Source of the DNA: Armatimonadota bacterium
GTDB lineage: Bacteria; Armatimonadota; Fimbriimonadia; Fimbriimonadales; GBS-DC
Assembly: GCA_039630445.1 (NCBI GenBank)
Contig: JBCNVA010000041.1
Coordinates: 1-48,750, forward strand
DNA: 48,750 nt
Direction: 5' to 3'
Made by a program: the position numbers and the translations under genes. Positions 9,106 to 18,631 of this stretch are shown here, in pieces (the first letter of the stretch is position 1; every line of letters begins with the position of its first letter). The notes below the pieces were generated by a model. It was not told the origin of the DNA. It was given only the letters and a program-made list of their open reading frames with translations, and did not search any database.

Positions 9106-9208
9106 GGCGACGGAAGTGCACGGATATAGACAAAATCCTGCCTGCGCGGGGTTTTTAGCTAGCGGAGGTTGGCTTCGTTTGAATGGGCGCGACTTCAGCC
9201 GACCAAGC

Positions 9209-10030
9209 TTACCTCTCCAGCAGGCTCCAGTCAATCGGCAAGGGTGTGCCGTCAGGAGTGCAGTTGTAGATGGAGAAATCGGTCACGCCCGCTTCGCGCA
9301 GTATATCCTCATCGAACCACACTTTGCCCGTGCAGGTGGACGGCTCGCGGCGCACCAGTTCATACACTGCATCCGCCATGATGTCGGCTTTGCGCCAGTA
9401 GCGCGGCTCACCCAGCTGAAACGCGATGGTCGCTTGACTCTCGATCAGCGTGCGGGGCCAAAGCGAGTTGACAGCAATATTGTGAGCGCGCACTTCCTCT
9501 GCCAGTCCATAGGTGAGCAGGGTCATGCCGAATTTGGAGATCATATACGCGATGCGCCCAGCCACGACCGAAGGCTCAATCGGGGGCGACATATTGATGA
9601 TGTGTCCCCAGCGCTGCTCGATCATGGTGGGCAACACCGCCTGCGCACACAGGAACGCCGCGCGCACATTCACGCTCATCACAAGGTCGAAGCGTTTGGC
9701 AGGCGTTTCCAGCAGCGGTTTCCACCAGAGCGCGCCCGCATTGTTCACCAAGATATCGATGCGTCCCCAGCGTTGTAGGGTTTGCTCCACCATCTGCTGG
9801 ATGGCGGTTTCGTCGCGCACATCGACGCGGATCGGCAGCGCTTCGCCACCCAGTGCCTGCACCTCCTCCGCTACGGTGTAGATGGTGCCGGGCAGGCGCG
9901 GGTCGGGTTCGGCGGTTTTGGCGGCGATCACGACGCGCACACCTTCGCGTGCTAGGCGCAGCGCAATCGCTCGCCCAATCCCCCGACTGGCTCCCGTGAT
10001 GATCGCCACGCGACCTCTCAGTTCACTCAT
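9209..10030 (-). CDS. SDR family NAD(P)-dependent oxidoreductase
   Basis: [20 protein letters not shown] (TGxxxGxG), NNAG, and the catalytic YxxxK in YMISK. The ATG at 10030 (the track gives TTG at 10033) overlaps the Uma2 stop by 8 nt. Confidence 0.85.
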   Translation of the reverse strand: MSELRGRVAIITGASRGIGRAIALRLAREGVRVVIAAKTAEPDPRLPGTIYTVAEEVQALGGEALPIRVDVRDETAIQQMVEQTLQRWGRIDILVNNAGALWWKPLLETPAKRFDLVMSVNVRAAFLCAQAVLPTMIEQRWGHIINMSPPIEPSVVAGRIAYMISKFGMTLLTYGLAEEVRAHNIAVNSLWPRTLIESQATIAFQLGEPRYWRKADIMADAVYELVRREPSTCTGKVWFDEDILREAGVTDFSIYNCTPDGTPLPIDWSLLER

Positions 10031-10601
10031 CAAAGATCTCCTTTGGCTTAAGGTGCAGTTCGGGTAGCACGGTCGATAACACTGCTTCCTCGCCCGTGAA
10101 CCAGCCCAGCGAGCGATAGCTACGCTCCTCGTGCACCAACACCTCTATCTCACGCTTCTCGATATCGACCACCCACACTTCGGGCACGCCCAGGGCATGA
10201 TAGTCGCGCAACTTATCTCGCCACGCGCTGTAAGTGTCGGAGGGTGAAAGCACCTCGATCACGAGATCGGGAGCGATTTCTAACCGCGATTGTTCTATCA
10301 AGGAGTCTAAATCGCCTGCTCGCTCATAGGACAGGTAGAACAGATCGGGCTGGCGTGTGCGCAACGGCTGACGCTGAATGACAAAATCGAAGGGCGCGGG
10401 GAACAGCTCACCTGAACGCTTTCCCGCAACGAACTCGCCGATTTTCAGGCTCAGGCGCATCACGATGCGCTGGTGCTTCAACGTGGGTGTGGGCAACTTA
10501 ATGACCTCACCATCAATAATCTCGTAGCGTGTGAGCGGTAGGTTGAGATACTCCTCCCAGCTAACGACTCTATGCTTGACAGGTTGGGCAGCAGTCGCCA
10601 T
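10023..10601 (-). CDS. Uma2 family endonuclease (DUF820, PD-(D/E)XK fold)
   Basis: YEIIDGEV...PTLKHQRI...QPDLFY...APDLVIEVLSPS...YHALGVPEVWVVD is the typical Uma2 motif series. Confidence 0.8.
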   Translation of the reverse strand: MATAAQPVKHRVVSWEEYLNLPLTRYEIIDGEVIKLPTPTLKHQRIVMRLSLKIGEFVAGKRSGELFPAPFDFVIQRQPLRTRQPDLFYLSYERAGDLDSLIEQSRLEIAPDLVIEVLSPSDTYSAWRDKLRDYHALGVPEVWVVDIEKREIEVLVHEERSYRSLGWFTGEEAVLSTVLPELHLKPKEIFDE

Positions 10602-10701
10602 CTGTTTTTCACCTGACTTGTATTGTACCTATTGCAAAGTGAGGGCGGACTTTACCGAATGCCCATCAGGCGAAGCGCTGTGGTGCGGAGGCGAAACGCA
10701 A

Positions 10702-11565
10702 TCAGCCCTTGAGCGCCTCCGCACCGCTGACCACTTCGGCAATCTCTTTGGTGATCGCTGCTTGGCGCAGGCGGTTCATCACCAGCGTCAGCTCCTGAAT
10801 CATTTTGCCTGCGTTGTCGCTTGCCATCGACATGGCGGTCATGCGGGCGCCATGTTCGCTGGCACTGGCTTCCAGAAGTGCCTGTAGCACTTGCGTGAGC
10901 AGGTAGCGGGGCAACAGGCGTTGCAGCAGCACCTCGGCAGGTGGCTCGAAAATGAAATCGCGCATGCCGCCTTCCTCGCCCGTGGGCGGCTCGATGGGCA
11001 ACACCTGTTGCACCGTGGGACGCTGCGTCACGGGGTTGATGAAGCGGGCATACACAAGATAGACCCGATCCACCTGCTCGGTCTGGAACAGTTCGCTGAT
11101 GGCGTTGGTGACGGCGCGCGCCTCCTCCAGCCCTGCGCCGCCCGTGGGCATCGAGCGATAGAAGGCGATGGTATAACCCCGTTTGGCAAAGAATTGATAG
11201 CCGCGTCGTCCCACGCACACAAGGCGCACCTGCTCCTGACGAAGGTTCTGTTCCTGAATTGCGGTCTGCAGGGCGCGAATGAGGTTCATGTTGTACGCGC
11301 CGCATAGCCCGCGGTCGGAGGTTGCTAATACGAAGCCGACATGGCGCACAGGGCGTCGCTGGAGCAACGGATGGGCGGGCAGGTCGCCCGCACGCCCCAG
11401 CTCGCGCATGATTTCGTTCATCCGCTGGGCGTAAGGGCGCGCTGCCAGCACCCGATCCTGAGCGCGGCGCAGGCGCGCCGCGGACACCAGCTTCATCGCC
11501 CGCGTGATCTGCTGAATATTCTTTGCGGCGCGAATGCGCGACCGCATCGCCCGAAGGGTTCTCAT
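10702..11565 (-). CDS. atpG: F0F1 ATP synthase subunit gamma
   Basis: [30 protein letters not shown] at the N-terminus and [15 protein letters not shown] at the C-terminus. The start overlaps the atpA stop (ATGA). Confidence 0.93.
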   Translation of the reverse strand: MRTLRAMRSRIRAAKNIQQITRAMKLVSAARLRRAQDRVLAARPYAQRMNEIMRELGRAGDLPAHPLLQRRPVRHVGFVLATSDRGLCGAYNMNLIRALQTAIQEQNLRQEQVRLVCVGRRGYQFFAKRGYTIAFYRSMPTGGAGLEEARAVTNAISELFQTEQVDRVYLVYARFINPVTQRPTVQQVLPIEPPTGEEGGMRDFIFEPPAEVLLQRLLPRYLLTQVLQALLEASASEHGARMTAMSMASDNAGKMIQELTLVMNRLRQAAITKEIAEVVSGAEALKG

Positions 11566-13100
11566 GCCAGTCCGTGCTCCTGTTTGAAGAGGGCTTTATA
11601 CTCTTCGACGGCGCGGCGCAGGTCCGCTTCGGTGTCGCTGTCGATCTTTTGCTCGCGGCGGATTTTCTCCCCGATATCGGGGTATTTCTCCCGCATGAAG
11701 GGGTGGAAGCCGTCCTCGAAGGCGCGTACCAGCTCCACTGGGATGTCATCCAGGTAGCCCTGTGTGCCCGCAAAGATAATCATCACCTGCTCCTCGACGG
11801 GCATCGGCTGGAACTGGGGCTGTTTGAGGATCTCCTGCAGGCGCAAGCCGCGTGCCAGCTGCATCTGAGTGGCGCGGTCAAGGTCGGAAGCGAACTGTGC
11901 GAAGGCTTGCACCTCGCGGAACTGCGCCATATCCAGGCGCAAGCGTCCCGCCACCTGCTTCATCGCGCGGATCTGGGCGTCGCCGCCCACGCGGCTCACG
12001 GAGATACCCACATTGATGGCAGGGCGGATGCCCGCGTAGAACAGGCTCGGCTCCAGATAGATCTGCCCATCGGTGATGGAGATGACATTCGTCGGGATAT
12101 ATGCCGACACATCGCCCGCCTGTGTCTCGATGATGGGCAGCGCGGTCAGCGAGCCACCGCCTAACTCATCCGAAAGCTTCGCCGCGCGCTCCAGCAGGCG
12201 CGAGTGCAGGTAGAACACATCGCCCGGATACGCCTCGCGCCCTGGCGGACGACGCAGCAGCAGCGACACCGCGCGGTAGGCTTGCGCATGCTTGGACAGG
12301 TCGTCATACACCACCAGCGCGTGCATGCCATTATCGCGGAAATACTCGCCCATCGCGCAACCCGCATAGGGCGCAAGATACTGCAGACTGTTCGGATCGC
12401 TGGCGGACGCCACCACGACGGTGGTGTACTCCATCGCGCCGTACCGCTCCAGCGTGTCAATAAAGCGGGCGATCGCCGCCATCTTTTGCCCGATCGCAAC
12501 ATAGATGCAGTAGACGGGCGAATCGGTCTCGTGCGTGTATTTCTGGTTGATGATGGTGTCCAGCACGATGGCGGTTTTGCCAGTGGAGCGGTCGCCAATA
12601 ATCAGCTCCCGCTGTCCGCGCCCGATGGGGATCATCGAGTCGATGGCTTTGATGCCCGTTTGCAGCGGTTCTTTCACGGGCTGACGCTTGACCACGCCGG
12701 GCGCAATCACCTCCACACGGCGGTACTCCTCCGCCACGATGGGTCCCTTGCCGTCCAGGGGTCGCCCAAGCGCGTCGACCACGCGCCCCAGCAGCGCCTT
12801 GCCGACGGGCACCTCAGCGATGCGTCCCGTGCGTCGGACAGGATCGCCCTCCTTGAGTTCCTCATCCGAGCCGAGAATGATGCAGCCGATGCTATCCTCT
12901 TCGAGGTTCAGCACCAGCCCCATCACCTCGTGGGGGACCTCCAGCAGCTCGCCCATCTGGGCGTCGGGCAGCCCATAGACACGCGCCGTGCCGTCGCCCA
13001 CCTGCAGCACGGTGCCGACGCTTTCCGCCACTGGCTTCTGGTCTAACGCCTCAATCTCTTTAGCCAGAATGCTCGTAATCTCTTCAGGTCGGATTGCCAT
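11562..13100 (-). CDS. atpA: F0F1 ATP synthase subunit alpha
   Basis: Walker A GDRSTGKT and canonical alpha-subunit sequence throughout. The start was moved to the ATG at 13100 ([12 protein letters not shown]), verified in sequence. The track extension to 13148 is rejected. Confidence 0.95.
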   Translation of the reverse strand: MAIRPEEITSILAKEIEALDQKPVAESVGTVLQVGDGTARVYGLPDAQMGELLEVPHEVMGLVLNLEEDSIGCIILGSDEELKEGDPVRRTGRIAEVPVGKALLGRVVDALGRPLDGKGPIVAEEYRRVEVIAPGVVKRQPVKEPLQTGIKAIDSMIPIGRGQRELIIGDRSTGKTAIVLDTIINQKYTHETDSPVYCIYVAIGQKMAAIARFIDTLERYGAMEYTTVVVASASDPNSLQYLAPYAGCAMGEYFRDNGMHALVVYDDLSKHAQAYRAVSLLLRRPPGREAYPGDVFYLHSRLLERAAKLSDELGGGSLTALPIIETQAGDVSAYIPTNVISITDGQIYLEPSLFYAGIRPAINVGISVSRVGGDAQIRAMKQVAGRLRLDMAQFREVQAFAQFASDLDRATQMQLARGLRLQEILKQPQFQPMPVEEQVMIIFAGTQGYLDDIPVELVRAFEDGFHPFMREKYPDIGEKIRREQKIDSDTEADLRRAVEEYKALFKQEHGLA

Positions 13101-13151
13101 GGTTGCACCTCGCCTTATTAGGAAGATGAAACCTTCTATTCTGCCCACATA

Positions 13152-13781
13152 TTACGAGGAAGGGGCAGGCTCCGATTCGGTGGAGGCTTCTCTCCCTGAT
13201 CCATCTGAAGCCCCCAGATAGACACGCCCACGGCGTGCAATTTCCAGGCGCACATGGTCATGGAGGCGTTCAAGGGCGCCGCGAATGCTGCCGTCAATCT
13301 GGTAGTCGCCAAGGCGCACCCGCACGCCTCCAATCAGGTTAGGGTCTACCTCAAAGGTTGCGATAATCCGCTTCCCCGTGCTGCTTTCCAGCCGCTGCAG
13401 CAGAGCGTGCTGTTCGTCGGGAGTAAGCGGTACGGCAGAGTAGATGGTGGCACGAACGACGCCTTCGTGTGCCTCACGCAGTCGCTGGAACTCTTCGCAG
13501 ATGGCTTCCAGCAGTGTTTCACGCCGCTTCTCGATGACCAGCTCCAGCAGGCGTAGGGTGACAGGCTGAAGGTCGCGCGCGAACAGCTCCTCGACACGCT
13601 GTTTTTTGCGGTCGCGCGGGATGAGCGGGCTGTGGAGGAAGGCGCGCAGCGCGTCGATCTCTTGCAGCGCGCTCCGCAGTCGGTTCAGGTCTTCGCTCAC
13701 CCGCTGTAGGGTATTGGTGTTCAGCGCGGCTCGGAACAGCGCGCTGGCATAGCGTCGCGCCACACGGATGTCTTTTTGCAC
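13152..13781 (-). CDS. atpH: F0F1 ATP synthase subunit delta (OSCP)
   Basis: VARRYASALF opening, its position between atpF and atpA, and the GG(V/I)RVRLGD C-terminal motif. It has a C-terminal tail of about 25 aa. Confidence 0.85.
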   Translation of the reverse strand: MQKDIRVARRYASALFRAALNTNTLQRVSEDLNRLRSALQEIDALRAFLHSPLIPRDRKKQRVEELFARDLQPVTLRLLELVIEKRRETLLEAICEEFQRLREAHEGVVRATIYSAVPLTPDEQHALLQRLESSTGKRIIATFEVDPNLIGGVRVRLGDYQIDGSIRGALERLHDHVRLEIARRGRVYLGASDGSGREASTESEPAPSS

Positions 13782-14333
13782 TTAGCGTACCCCCACCGTC
13801 TGGATGAATTCGTTGATGAGCCGCCGATGGCGCTCCTCATCGAGGCTCTCGCCCAGCACGCGCTCTACGGCAGCGAGTGTCAGGTCTGCCACATAGGTCT
13901 GCAACTCGGTGAGCAGCTTTTCTTGTTCCAGTCGCGCCTGCTCCTGCGCGCGGGCAAGGATCTCCTGCGCTTGGCGGCGGGCATCCTGCAGGATCTGCTC
14001 GCGCAGCTGTTGTGCCTCGCCGACGGCATGCTGGATGCGTTCACGCGCCTCCGCTTCGATCTGCGCCAGCCGCTGCTCATACTCGGCACGCAGCTCTTCC
14101 ATCGCGCGGCGGTCGGCTTCAAGCTTGTCATAGGTCGCATTGATGTCCTGCCGACGCGCCTCCAGCATCTGCTCGATCGGCTTCCAGAAGTAGCGCATCA
14201 TTAGCCACAGCAGCAATAGGAACCCAACAATCTGAATGAGAATGATGTCAGGACGGATTCCCAGCTGCTCCAGGATGCCGCCTCCGCCGTGTGTTTCCGC
14301 CGCGATCAGGTTTTGTACCACTAAAGTCCACAT
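13782..14333 (-). CDS. atpF: F0F1 ATP synthase subunit b
   Basis: Single N-terminal TM (IILIQIVGFLLLLWLMMRYFWKPI) followed by a long charged coiled coil. The operon position fits. Confidence 0.85.
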   Translation of the reverse strand: MWTLVVQNLIAAETHGGGGILEQLGIRPDIILIQIVGFLLLLWLMMRYFWKPIEQMLEARRQDINATYDKLEADRRAMEELRAEYEQRLAQIEAEARERIQHAVGEAQQLREQILQDARRQAQEILARAQEQARLEQEKLLTELQTYVADLTLAAVERVLGESLDEERHRRLINEFIQTVGVR

Positions 14334-14399
14334 GGTTTTCTCGGTTTATGCTCAGAGGCACGGGGCAGCGCAAGGGCGTCTACCCCCGTGCCAGGCTGA

Positions 14400-14678
14400 C
14401 TATTTGCGCAGAAGGTTCACCAGCGTGTCGATGGTTGGCAGCTTACCCTGCAACAGGATGAACACCACGAACGAGAACAGCACCAGCGACTCGATAAACG
14501 CAAGCGCGATGATCATGCCCGTCTGGATGCGCCCTGCCATCTCTGGCTGACGCGCCATACCCTCCATCGCGCCGCGTGCAGCAAGTCCTTGACCGATTGC
14601 AGCACCGATCACGCCAAATGGCAAGAACCCTGCCGATAGCGCCAAGCCCAATAGATAGAGACCCGTTCCTATCTCCAT
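14400..14678 (-). CDS. atpE: F0F1 ATP synthase subunit c
   Basis: Hairpin protein with a GxGxGxG helix 1 (AAIGQGLAARGA), the loop RQPE, and the carboxylate in AFIESLVLF. The start was moved to the ATG at 14678, preceded by GGAGGAA. Confidence 0.9.
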   Translation of the reverse strand: MEIGTGLYLLGLALSAGFLPFGVIGAAIGQGLAARGAMEGMARQPEMAGRIQTGMIIALAFIESLVLFSFVVFILLQGKLPTIDTLVNLLRK

Positions 14679-14843
14679 CGCTGTTCCTCCTTGCTTTAGG
14701 GTTTGGTTCCGCACTCCTATGCGGAACTCGCTCGTAGATGCTCACCTTCTAGTGAGCCATCCGCGTTTTGCCCTCTTTCAGCCCCTACCAAGAGAGAGCT
14801 GTAAAGGGCTAAACCACTCCTCTCCAAGCCGAGAGGAAATCGC

Positions 14844-15560
14844 CTAATGCGCATGGGCAACCGCATGCGCCTCATGTGCCTCTTCGTGATGCTCCGTCGC
14901 CAACGCCAGATAGATTAGCGTCAAAATCGAAAACACAAATGCCTGCACAAAGGCGACCAGCGTGCCCAATAACAGCACGGGAAACTGAATAGGCAGCGGG
15001 AAGTAGTACTTATGCAGGAGCGGCGCGGCAAAGGTCACAATCAGCGCCAGCGTGACCTGCTCCTTACCCAGCATGTTGGCAAACAGACGGATCGAGAGCG
15101 AAACGGGCTTCGCCAGCTCGCTGACTATTTCAATCACAAAAAGCAACGGCGTGAGCCAAAGGGGTACTTCCCCCACACGCGCGAAGTGCTTCAGGTAGCC
15201 CACGACACCCCGCGCACGGATTCCCTCATATTGCACATAGATAATCACGATAAGGGCTAATGCAATCGTGGTATTCAAGCTGGCGGTTGGGGCAATGTTC
15301 GGAGGGATCAAGCCCATCAGGTTGCAAAACAGAATGAATAAAAAGATAGTGCCTGCCAGCGGCACATATTTGCGCCCATGTTCCCCAACCACGCTGACTG
15401 CCAGGCTGTCAAAGAATTCATAGATAATCTCTGCCAGATTCTGTAGCCTTCCTGGGCGCTTCTGCATGTTGCGGGTTGATTGCAGCGCAAAAAGGATCAG
15501 CGCTACAGCTGCAACACCAGAGAGCGCCGAAAAGACCCATGGCGGTGTGTGATGTTCCAT
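14844..15560 (-). CDS. atpB: F0F1 ATP synthase subunit a
   Basis: The conserved Arg segment SLSIRLFANMLG, 5-6 TM segments, and first position in the atp operon. Confidence 0.9.
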   Translation of the reverse strand: MEHHTPPWVFSALSGVAAVALILFALQSTRNMQKRPGRLQNLAEIIYEFFDSLAVSVVGEHGRKYVPLAGTIFLFILFCNLMGLIPPNIAPTASLNTTIALALIVIIYVQYEGIRARGVVGYLKHFARVGEVPLWLTPLLFVIEIVSELAKPVSLSIRLFANMLGKEQVTLALIVTFAAPLLHKYYFPLPIQFPVLLLGTLVAFVQAFVFSILTLIYLALATEHHEEAHEAHAVAHAH

Positions 15561-15595
15561 ACCCAGTTGCCTCTCTCGTCTCCTTACGCGCTCCT

Positions 15596-15625
15596 ATTAT
15601 ACCCACCTCATGACAGCCGCGTCAA
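15596..15625 (-). promoter_or_regulatory. Sigma70-like promoter of the atp operon
   Basis: On the minus strand: TTGACG (15625..15620), an 18-nt spacer, then TATAAT (15601..15596). An AAGGAG Shine-Dalgarno follows, then the atpB ATG at 15560. Confidence 0.5.
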
Positions 15626-15631
15626 GGGGTT

Positions 15632-16771
15632 GTGCCTTTTTTCACAAAGTGGGCAGGAGGATCGAGGCTTTACGGGAATACTGGCTCCATGCGCAGAGTC
15701 AGGGCACGGATCGACTTTGACAGCGCATGGAAGTTCGCTGTCGAGACATTCCTTGAGCAGTGTATTGAGCTGCTCTTCCCGACGCTTCATACCCTTATTG
15801 ACTGGCGACAACCTGCTGTCTTCCTCAATACTGAACTGCGCAAAATCCGTCCTGAATCGCGCACCCATAAGCGTTTCGTCGATGTGCTGGCGCGCGTTGC
15901 CTTCCGCGATGGGCAAGAGCGTTATGTACTACTTCATATCGAAATCCAAGCACAACCTGATCCCCAGTTCCCCTTGCGCCTGTTCATTTACTACTATCGC
16001 ATCTTTGACACACTTCAATATCCAGAGATAGTCACTCTCGCCATCCTGGCAGATAGCGATCCGAACTGGCGTCCCGAAATGTTCGAGCGGTCGCTGGGTG
16101 GTTGCGAACTCACCTTCCGTTTCCCTACGGTGAAATTGCTCGATCTGGATGAGCAGGCACTGGAAACCCATTCTAATCCCTTCGCCCTGGTGGTACTAGC
16201 ACATCTGCGAGCGCTGAAGGCGCGAGGGAATGCCCAGCTACTTTTTGAGGAGAAGGTGCGCCTGATACGGCGTTTGGCGCGCCGAGGGTATAATCCGAGC
16301 GATGTAGAAAATCTCTATCGGGTGGTGGATTATCTGATGGCACTACCAAAAGAGCTGGAGGAACAGGTAGACGAAATCGTGCGCCAAGTGGCTCGTGAAC
16401 AGCGGTTGCGGAGACTCACGAACTTGGAGCGGTTTGCGCTGGAACGCGGTGCGCGTCAGGGTCTGCAAGAAGGCTTGGAACAAGGGCTGCAGCAAGGGTT
16501 ACAGCAAGGGTTACAGCAAGGGCTACAGCAAGGGCTACAGCAAGGGCTACAGCAAGGGCTACAGCAAGGGCTACAGCAAGGAGCTGTGCGCATGATTCTG
16601 ACGGTGCTTCGTGCTCGGTTTGGCGAGTTGCCACAGCAGATCGAGCAAGACTTGGGACGAGTGCAATCGCTGGAATCGCTGGAGATGCTGAGCATAGTCG
16701 CTGCGAACGCGGCAGACATAGATACCTTTGCACAGGCACTTGCACAGGTCATTCAGCAGCCGTCTACCTAA
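15632..16771 (+). CDS. Rpn-family PD-(D/E)XK nuclease / putative transposase with C-terminal DUF4351
   Basis: The N-terminal FDSAWKFAVETFLEQCIELLFP, then RFVDVLARV...YVLLHIEIQAQPD (nuclease D...ExQ core). The C-terminal MILTVLRARFGELPQQIEQDL...LESLEML matches DUF4351. An alternative ATG start is at 15689. Confidence 0.7.
   Translation: MPFFTKWAGGSRLYGNTGSMRRVRARIDFDSAWKFAVETFLEQCIELLFPTLHTLIDWRQPAVFLNTELRKIRPESRTHKRFVDVLARVAFRDGQERYVLLHIEIQAQPDPQFPLRLFIYYYRIFDTLQYPEIVTLAILADSDPNWRPEMFERSLGGCELTFRFPTVKLLDLDEQALETHSNPFALVVLAHLRALKARGNAQLLFEEKVRLIRRLARRGYNPSDVENLYRVVDYLMALPKELEEQVDEIVRQVAREQRLRRLTNLERFALERGARQGLQEGLEQGLQQGLQQGLQQGLQQGLQQGLQQGLQQGLQQGAVRMILTVLRARFGELPQQIEQDLGRVQSLESLEMLSIVAANAADIDTFAQALAQVIQQPST
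16457..16588 (+). repeat. In-frame 12-bp tandem repeat (CAAGGGYTRCAG) encoding (QGLQ)n
   Basis: Eight near-perfect units span 16481..16576, and five are identical (CAAGGGCTACAG, 16517..16576). They are flanked by degenerate units. The repeat lies inside the Rpn/DUF4351 CDS. Confidence 0.95.
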
Positions 16772-16817
16772 GCGCACCAAGCTGAGGGTACACTCTATCC
16801 CTGCGGAGGGAAAACGA

Positions 16818-18614
16818 ATGGCGCAAACCGTGTTGCCCCGCTGGGATATGAGCGTGGTCTATTCGGGACTGGACTCGCCAGAGTTCGAGCGCGATTTTCG
16901 CGCCTTTGTGCGCGGTCTGGATGAACTGGAAGGGCTATTTGGCGAAGCCCGCATCGATCGAACAGAGCAACCGTTGCCCCCCGAACTTGCTGCCCATCTG
17001 TTCGATAGCGTCGTGCCCGCCTATAACGCGCTTCAGGAGCAGGCGTGGACGCTGGGTGCATATATCTACAGCTTTGTCGCCACCGATTCGCGTGATGAGT
17101 TTGCCCAGGCACGGATGAGCGAGATGGAGAAGCAGGGCGTGCGCCTTGCCAAACTCACCACGCGCCTCACCGCCTGGGCAGGCACACAGGATGTCGATGC
17201 GCTCATTGAACGCTCAGAACGCGCACAAGCCCACGCCTACTGGCTCCAGCGTAGCCGCGTCGCCGCCCAGCACATGATGTCGCCTGCTGAGGAGGCGCTC
17301 GCCGCTGAGATGAGCCTGACGGGTAGCAGCGCTTGGAACAAACTTTACGGCAACCTGACCTCACAAATCATGGTGGAGGTGGAGCTGCGTGGCGAGCGCC
17401 AGACGATGCCGATGAGCATGGTGCGCAATCTGGCGTTTGACCCCGATCGGGAGGTGCGGCGCGTAGGCTATGAGGCGGAGCTAAAAGCCTGGGAGCAGCA
17501 TGCGCTGCCTCTTGCCAGCGCACTCAACAGCATCAAAGGTGAGACCAACCTGCTGGTGCGCAAGCGAGGCTGGCAGTCGGCTCTTGAGGCGTCCCTCTTT
17601 CGCAACGCCATCGACGAGGCGACGCTGGAGGCGATGCTCACCGCCGCCTATGAGTCATTCCCTGACTTCCGACGCTACCTACACGCCAAAGCGCGGCTGC
17701 TGGGCATCGAGCGATGCGCATGGTACGACATCTTTGCGCCCGTCGGCAAAGAGCCACGCCCATGGGACTATGCCGAAGCCACGCAGTTTATTATCGAGCA
17801 GTTCGCCACCTATTCAGATAAGCTGCGTGCGTTTGCCGAGCGCGCTTTCAAAGAGAACTGGATCGATGCGGAGCCACGCCCTGGCAAGCGCGATGGGGGC
17901 TTTTGCATGCGCCTGCGCCGCGACGAATCGCGCATTCTGGTCAACTATAAGCCAGCGTTCGGCGCAGTCAGCACCTTAGCGCACGAATTGGGGCACGCCT
18001 ATCACAATCTCTGCCTCGCTGAGCGTACCTACCTGCAACGCCAGACGCCCATGACGCTGGCAGAGACCGCCAGCATCTTTTGCGAGACGATTGTCCGCCA
18101 AGCCGCACTGCAGCAGGCCGATCGTGAGGAGCGGCTCGCCATTCTGGAAGCCGCGCTTCAGGGTATGTGCCAAGTGGTGGTGGACATCACCAGCCGCTAC
18201 CTATTTGAAAAGCAGCTCTTTGAGCGGCGGCAGGAGCGTGAGTTGAGTGTACGCGAGCTGTGCGAGATGATGCTCGGTGCGCAGCGAGAGACCTATGGTG
18301 ACGGGCTGGATGAAAATGCACTGCACCCTTATATGTGGGCAGCCAAGCCGCACTACTACGGCAGCGCGTTTTATAACTACCCCTACATGTTTGGCTTGCT
18401 GTTCGGGCTGGGGCTATACGCGCTCTATCTGGACGACCCGCAGGGTTTCCGCGCTCGGTATGATGACCTGCTCTCCAAAACGGGCATGGCAGACGCGGCG
18501 GACCTCGCCCATGAGTTCGGCTTCGATATCCGCACACCCACCTTCTGGCGCGGCAGCTTCGATGTGATTCGAGCGGATATCGAGCAGTTCGAGCAGCTGG
18601 CAACCACCTCTTAG
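16818..18614 (+). CDS. M3 family oligoendopeptidase (PepF-like)
   Basis: HELGHAYH zinc motif with a downstream E in ETASIF, and a length typical of M3B. The start was moved to the ATG at 16818, preceded by GGAGGG. The track extension to 16728 is rejected. Confidence 0.85.
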   Translation: MAQTVLPRWDMSVVYSGLDSPEFERDFRAFVRGLDELEGLFGEARIDRTEQPLPPELAAHLFDSVVPAYNALQEQAWTLGAYIYSFVATDSRDEFAQARMSEMEKQGVRLAKLTTRLTAWAGTQDVDALIERSERAQAHAYWLQRSRVAAQHMMSPAEEALAAEMSLTGSSAWNKLYGNLTSQIMVEVELRGERQTMPMSMVRNLAFDPDREVRRVGYEAELKAWEQHALPLASALNSIKGETNLLVRKRGWQSALEASLFRNAIDEATLEAMLTAAYESFPDFRRYLHAKARLLGIERCAWYDIFAPVGKEPRPWDYAEATQFIIEQFATYSDKLRAFAERAFKENWIDAEPRPGKRDGGFCMRLRRDESRILVNYKPAFGAVSTLAHELGHAYHNLCLAERTYLQRQTPMTLAETASIFCETIVRQAALQQADREERLAILEAALQGMCQVVVDITSRYLFEKQLFERRQERELSVRELCEMMLGAQRETYGDGLDENALHPYMWAAKPHYYGSAFYNYPYMFGLLFGLGLYALYLDDPQGFRARYDDLLSKTGMADAADLAHEFGFDIRTPTFWRGSFDVIRADIEQFEQLATTS

Positions 18615-18631
18615 GTAAACTAACCGGCAGG

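Noticed and set aside
8731-9234. A 167-aa version of the L21 ORF with a 63-aa N-terminal extension.
   Set aside because: The extension has no similarity to L21 and runs across a promoter-like sequence. Canonical L21 begins at [12 protein letters not shown] (ATG at 9045).
10652-11773. A 373-aa ORF overlapping atpG and atpA on the same strand in another frame.
   Set aside because: It has an Arg/Ala/Ser/Pro-rich composition and no recognisable motif. It is fully covered by canonical atpG and atpA sequences.
14400-14678. Calling the ATP synthase Na+-coupled on the basis of Gln and Glu-Ser in subunit c, together with the K+-dependent-type pyrophosphatase.
   Set aside because: The Na+ signature is incomplete (no Thr or Tyr at the later positions). 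Some H+-coupled c-rings share the Gln and Glu-Ser residues, so ion specificity cannot be read from this alone.
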